Virus record (IMG/VR): IMGVR_UViG_3300036832_001166
Coordinates: 1 to 64,000 of that record
Direction: 5' to 3' (one strand)
DNA from: a virus
DNA: 64,000 bases
In this document: piece after piece, positions 60,539-64,000 of the stretch
How positions within the stretch are numbered: the stretch's first letter is position 1
Layout: each line of letters starts with the position of its first letter
Translations under genes and position numbers: made by a program
Notes under the pieces: generated by a model
Told to the model about the DNA's origin: nothing
The model's database searches: none
What the model saw: only the letters and a program-made list of their open reading frames with translations

Positions 60539-63500
60539 GTGGCGGTGAGCCTGGAGGCGGCGTTCGTCCTGCTCGACAAGGCGTCGCCCGCGCTGAAGGA
60601 CATCCGCAGGAACGCCATCGAGGCCGACAAGGCGCTACGCGGACTCGGCACCGGCCGCGCGGGGCTCGGCGGCAGCTCGTCAAGCTGGACGGGCGGCGGC
60701 TCTGTCACGGGCTACACCCAGTCGATCACGAAGGCGGGCGACGCCACCAAGAAGACGGGCAACGAGGTCAAGAAGACCGCCGACGAGGTCAAGAAGGCGA
60801 GCGGTTGGTTCAAGCGGGTGACGACGGACGTCAAGGACTGGGCCAAGGCGCTTGACAAGACGCATCCGGCGCTGGCGAACCTCGCGAGCCAGCTCGGTGG
60901 CGTGGTCGGTGGCGTGAAGGGGCTGGCGACCGCGCTGCCGACGATGGCCTGGGCGGCGATCGCCGCGGCCGCGGCGCTGGGTCCGCTGGTGGGGGTGATC
61001 GGTGCGCTTGTCTCGTCGTTGACGTTTGCTGTCGGCGGCGCCGGACTGCTCGGCGGTGGGCTGCTCGGCTCCTTCGCGGTCGGGATCGGCTCGGTGATAG
61101 CCGTCGCCAAGCCTGCGCTGACGGGGCTGAAGAAGTACCAGGCGGCGGTCACGGCGCTCAACAAGGCGATGGCGTCCGGCAGCACGACGCAGATCCGGCA
61201 GCGCCAGAAAGAGCTGGACGCGATCGCCAAGGCCAACCCTGGCGTGGCCCAGTTGGCGCAGAACCTGACCGCGTTCGAGAAGAGCTGGAAGAAGGCGACA
61301 GCGCCGGGTCGCGCGAGCTTCTTCAAGCTCGCGGCCGATGGGATCGCCACGCTGCGCAAGTTGACCCCGACGCTCGCCTCCGAGGTCAACAAGAACACCG
61401 CCGCCGTCGAGGGCGGGTTCCGCAAGATCCTCGCTCCATTCCTGACCGGCAAGACGTTCCAGGACATGATCAAGGGCTTCGGCGGCATCTTCCGCGCGAA
61501 CCTGCCGGGGGTCATGCGAGGGATCGTCAACATCATCACCGGCCTGGCCAACGCGCTGAAAGTCGTCACCCCGGAGCTGAAGAAGTTCGGGCCGTGGTTC
61601 GCGGACTTCACCGACAAGTTTGCGAAGTGGACGGAGTCGCGGCGGGGCCGCGGCCAGATGAACGACATGATCAGGGCGTTCCGGGAGTGGATGCGGCTGC
61701 TCGGCGGCATCGGGCGGTTGCTTGGCGAGATCGTCTCGGGCGGCCAAAAGGGCGGGACGTCGCTCGTGACCAAGATGGCGGACTCGGTCAACAAGCTGGC
61801 CGATAACCTGGCTACGCCGCAGGGCAGGAAGGGGACCGCGAACTACTTCAGCAGGGCGCTGGCCGACGCCGACAAGCTGTGGCCGATCCTGCAGAAGCTC
61901 GTGGACGCCCTCTCGGGGATCTACAAGATCCTCAAGCCGGTCGGGTCGGCCACCACGTTCATCCTCAGCAAGCTGCCCGCGGGGGCGTTCACGGCGCTGG
62001 GGGCCGCATTCCTCGGGTTCAAGATGCTCTCGCCCGCCATCAAGGGCTACAAGGCCGTCAGCGGCTTCTTCACTGGCCGAGACGGCTCGACGCCAACCAA
62101 GTCCCTGTGGGTGTCGCTTACTGGCGGCGGTGGCGGCGAGGGCGGTGGCGGCGGCGGTAGCAGCAGGGGCAAGAAGGGCAAGCTGACCGCGGAGGAGGAG
62201 CAGCTCGCCAAGGAGGCCGAGAAGAAGCCGGGCTTCTTCGGGCGGTTCTTCCGGCGGATCCCCGGCGTGTCGAAGGTCAGCGACTTCATCACCGGCGGCA
62301 AGGAGGGCGCGTCGCTGCTCTCGCGGATCCCGGGCGTCGGCAAGATCACCGGCTTCGGTTCTAAGGCAGCGGGCCTGTTCGGGAAGATCCCCGGACTCTC
62401 AAAGCTCGGGAAGGTCGGGGAGATCGCCGGGAAGGTCGGCTCGCACCTCCCGCTCCTCAGCCTTCTCGCGATGGGGTACGGCGCGGCCGCGTCGCCCGAG
62501 AACGCGTCGGCCGCCGGGCGGATCTCTGGCGCGGCCGAGATGGTCGACCCGACGTCACTCCTGAGCCTCATTCCTGGTCTTGGCGGGTTCCGCGGCGTGG
62601 CGGGCTCGATCCTGCATCCGCTTGCGAGCAGCGGCGGCGCAGGCGGCGTCGCTGCTGGTGCGCTCGGCGGCGCCACGATCGGCGGGACCCTCGGCACGTT
62701 TGTCGCCCCCGGGCTCGGTACGGCGATCGGCGCCGGGATCGGCGGGGTGGCGGGCGGCCTCGGTTCGCTCCTGTTCGGTAGCGGTCCGAACCGGCAGCAG
62801 CAGCAGGCCGACCAGGGCCTGAAGAGCTTCGGGAACCGGATCAAGGGCGTGAAGGACGACCTGGCCGAGTTGACACCCAAGCAGCTCCAGGCGCTGAGGA
62901 GCTGGGCGACGCAGCTCGCCAACGACAAGCACCTCAGCAAGTACCGGGACCAGATCCTGGATGTGCGCGATGCGCTGAAGAATCCGACCACGGGGCTGCC
63001 AAGCGCGCTGGACAAGGTCGCGCCCGCGTTCGACTACATGAAGAGGGGCGCCGGGAAGAGCCTCGACGCGATCCAGGTCATGACGAACTTTGCTGTCCAG
63101 GAGATTCAGAAGACGCTGCCCGCGGGCTCCAAGGCCGCGACCGATGCGCTGGCGGTCAACTACTCGATCGCCGCGGACGATGTGAAGGCGTCGATGAAGG
63201 ACGGTGTCGTCAAGAACACCCGGGAGGGCATCGCGGAGGTCAACCGGCTGATGGCCGAGGCGTTCAAGCAGCTCGGCATTAGCCCGGCGACCGCGAAGAA
63301 GCTCGCAGCCCAGGGCTGGTCGCTGAAGGCCATCACCAGCGCTGGGTCAAGCGCGCAGAAGTCGGGCCTGACCGGCTCGGGGGGCGGCCTGACCGGGTCG
63401 ACGGTCAGCGGGCAGTCCTACCAGTACGCGGCGGGCGGACGGATCCCCGGACGGGCACGCGGCGATCACATCCCGCTCTACGGCCGCGGCGGCGGCCTGC

Positions 63501-64000
63501 TCGGGATCGCTGACGGCGGCGAGCTGGTCGTCAACCGGCATACCGAGAGCCGCATCAACCGCAAGCTGGCGGCATACGGGACAACGCTCGGCAAGGAGGT
63601 CGCGAGCGAGACCAAGCCGCATTACCAGACGGGCAGCTACGCGCACGGCGGACGCGTCCAGGGCTACCAGACCGGCGGGGTCGTCGGGCAGATCAACGCG
63701 CTGGCGTCGGCCGCCGGGTTCAACCGGATCGCGATCGCCGGGCTGCTCGGCAATGCGATGCAGGAGTCGAGCCTGAACCCGAACACGCCCGGCGGCGGCC
63801 TGTGGCAGCAGATCTCCAACTTCGGTCAAGGCACCGGCGGCTCGGTCGCGCAGCAGTGGGCGCGCATGCTCCCGCAGATCACCGGGCTGCGCGCGGCAAT
63901 GAACGCGGCAGGCACGCCCGGCGCCGCCGCGACCATCTTCGAACAGGGGTTTGAGAAGGCGGGCATCCCAGCCCTGGCCAACCGCATCCGGTACGCAAAC
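60539..64000 (+). CDS. Tape measure protein with a phage-tail-lysozyme domain (truncated by the window end)
   Basis: Open frame from GTG 60539 (MAVSLEAAFVLLDKASPAL) with no stop seen; Ala/Gly/Lys-rich helical; near the end IAGLLGNAMQESSLNP...GLWQ...F..GFE..G.....R..YA. Missing from the ORF track because there is no stop. Confidence 0.85.
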   Translation, partial: MAVSLEAAFVLLDKASPALKDIRRNAIEADKALRGLGTGRAGLGGSSSSWTGGGSVTGYTQSITKAGDATKKTGNEVKKTADEVKKASGWFKRVTTDVKDWAKALDKTHPALANLASQLGGVVGGVKGLATALPTMAWAAIAAAAALGPLVGVIGALVSSLTFAVGGAGLLGGGLLGSFAVGIGSVIAVAKPALTGLKKYQAAVTALNKAMASGSTTQIRQRQKELDAIAKANPGVAQLAQNLTAFEKSWKKATAPGRASFFKLAADGIATLRKLTPTLASEVNKNTAAVEGGFRKILAPFLTGKTFQDMIKGFGGIFRANLPGVMRGIVNIITGLANALKVVTPELKKFGPWFADFTDKFAKWTESRRGRGQMNDMIRAFREWMRLLGGIGRLLGEIVSGGQKGGTSLVTKMADSVNKLADNLATPQGRKGTANYFSRALADADKLWPILQKLVDALSGIYKILKPVGSATTFILSKLPAGAFTALGAAFLGFKMLSPAIKGYKAVSGFFTGRDGSTPTKSLWVSLTGGGGGEGGGGGGSSRGKKGKLTAEEEQLAKEAEKKPGFFGRFFRRIPGVSKVSDFITGGKEGASLLSRIPGVGKITGFGSKAAGLFGKIPGLSKLGKVGEIAGKVGSHLPLLSLLAMGYGAAASPENASAAGRISGAAEMVDPTSLLSLIPGLGGFRGVAGSILHPLASSGGAGGVAAGALGGATIGGTLGTFVAPGLGTAIGAGIGGVAGGLGSLLFGSGPNRQQQQADQGLKSFGNRIKGVKDDLAELTPKQLQALRSWATQLANDKHLSKYRDQILDVRDALKNPTTGLPSALDKVAPAFDYMKRGAGKSLDAIQVMTNFAVQEIQKTLPAGSKAATDALAVNYSIAADDVKASMKDGVVKNTREGIAEVNRLMAEAFKQLGISPATAKKLAAQGWSLKAITSAGSSAQKSGLTGSGGGLTGSTVSGQSYQYAAGGRIPGRARGDHIPLYGRGGGLLGIADGGELVVNRHTESRINRKLAAYGTTLGKEVASETKPHYQTGSYAHGGRVQGYQTGGVVGQINALASAAGFNRIAIAGLLGNAMQESSLNPNTPGGGLWQQISNFGQGTGGSVAQQWARMLPQITGLRAAMNAAGTPGAAATIFEQGFEKAGIPALANRIRYAN

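Noticed and set aside
1-64000. Terminase, portal, integrase, reverse transcriptase/DGR, DNA polymerase
   Set aside because: No diagnostic motifs were recognised in any frame; these genes are presumably outside the window or absent.

Overview
This window is part of the genome of a large, high-GC tailed phage with a contractile tail (myovirus-like). Its host is probably an actinobacterium. Secreted collagen-, Rpf- and RlpA-type proteins resemble those of Thermoleophilia/Solirubrobacterales, which is an inference only. Right end (51.0-64.0 kb): prohead protease/scaffold, decoration protein, Mu gpT-like major capsid, head-tail joining genes, PBSX-like tail sheath and tube, a tail assembly chaperone with a -1 slippery site, and a tape measure protein with a lysozyme domain that runs off the window. 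39.1-49.7 kb: putative fibre/adhesin genes, including a ~2110-aa Ala/Thr-rich LamG-domain protein and a BppU-like protein. The rest is mostly small accessory genes (GH25 lysin, SSB, HNH nuclease, SpoU methyltransferase, SRPBCC protein, Rpf and RlpA). Many of these sit behind a repeated cassette: a 19-bp palindrome overlapping the -10 box, a 5' hairpin and a CCGACCGAGGAG ribosome-binding site. The most interesting signal is a dispersed set of probable head-packaged cargo proteins. They share a short HPRxxxG[KRE][FW] motif and L-x-E|A protease-type sites, and carry different effector domains: HicA RNase; Zeta-like kinase plus RelA/SpoT-like nucleotidyltransferase; peptidoglycan-binding plus ParB-like. 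There are also three unusual RNAs: a CCA-ending tRNA-like RNA lacking an anticodon arm, a tRNA-like RNA with an 8-bp anticodon stem, and a ~185-nt structured RNA with its own promoter. No terminase, portal, integrase, CRISPR array or reverse transcriptase was recognised. All family assignments come from motifs read by eye; no database search was run.
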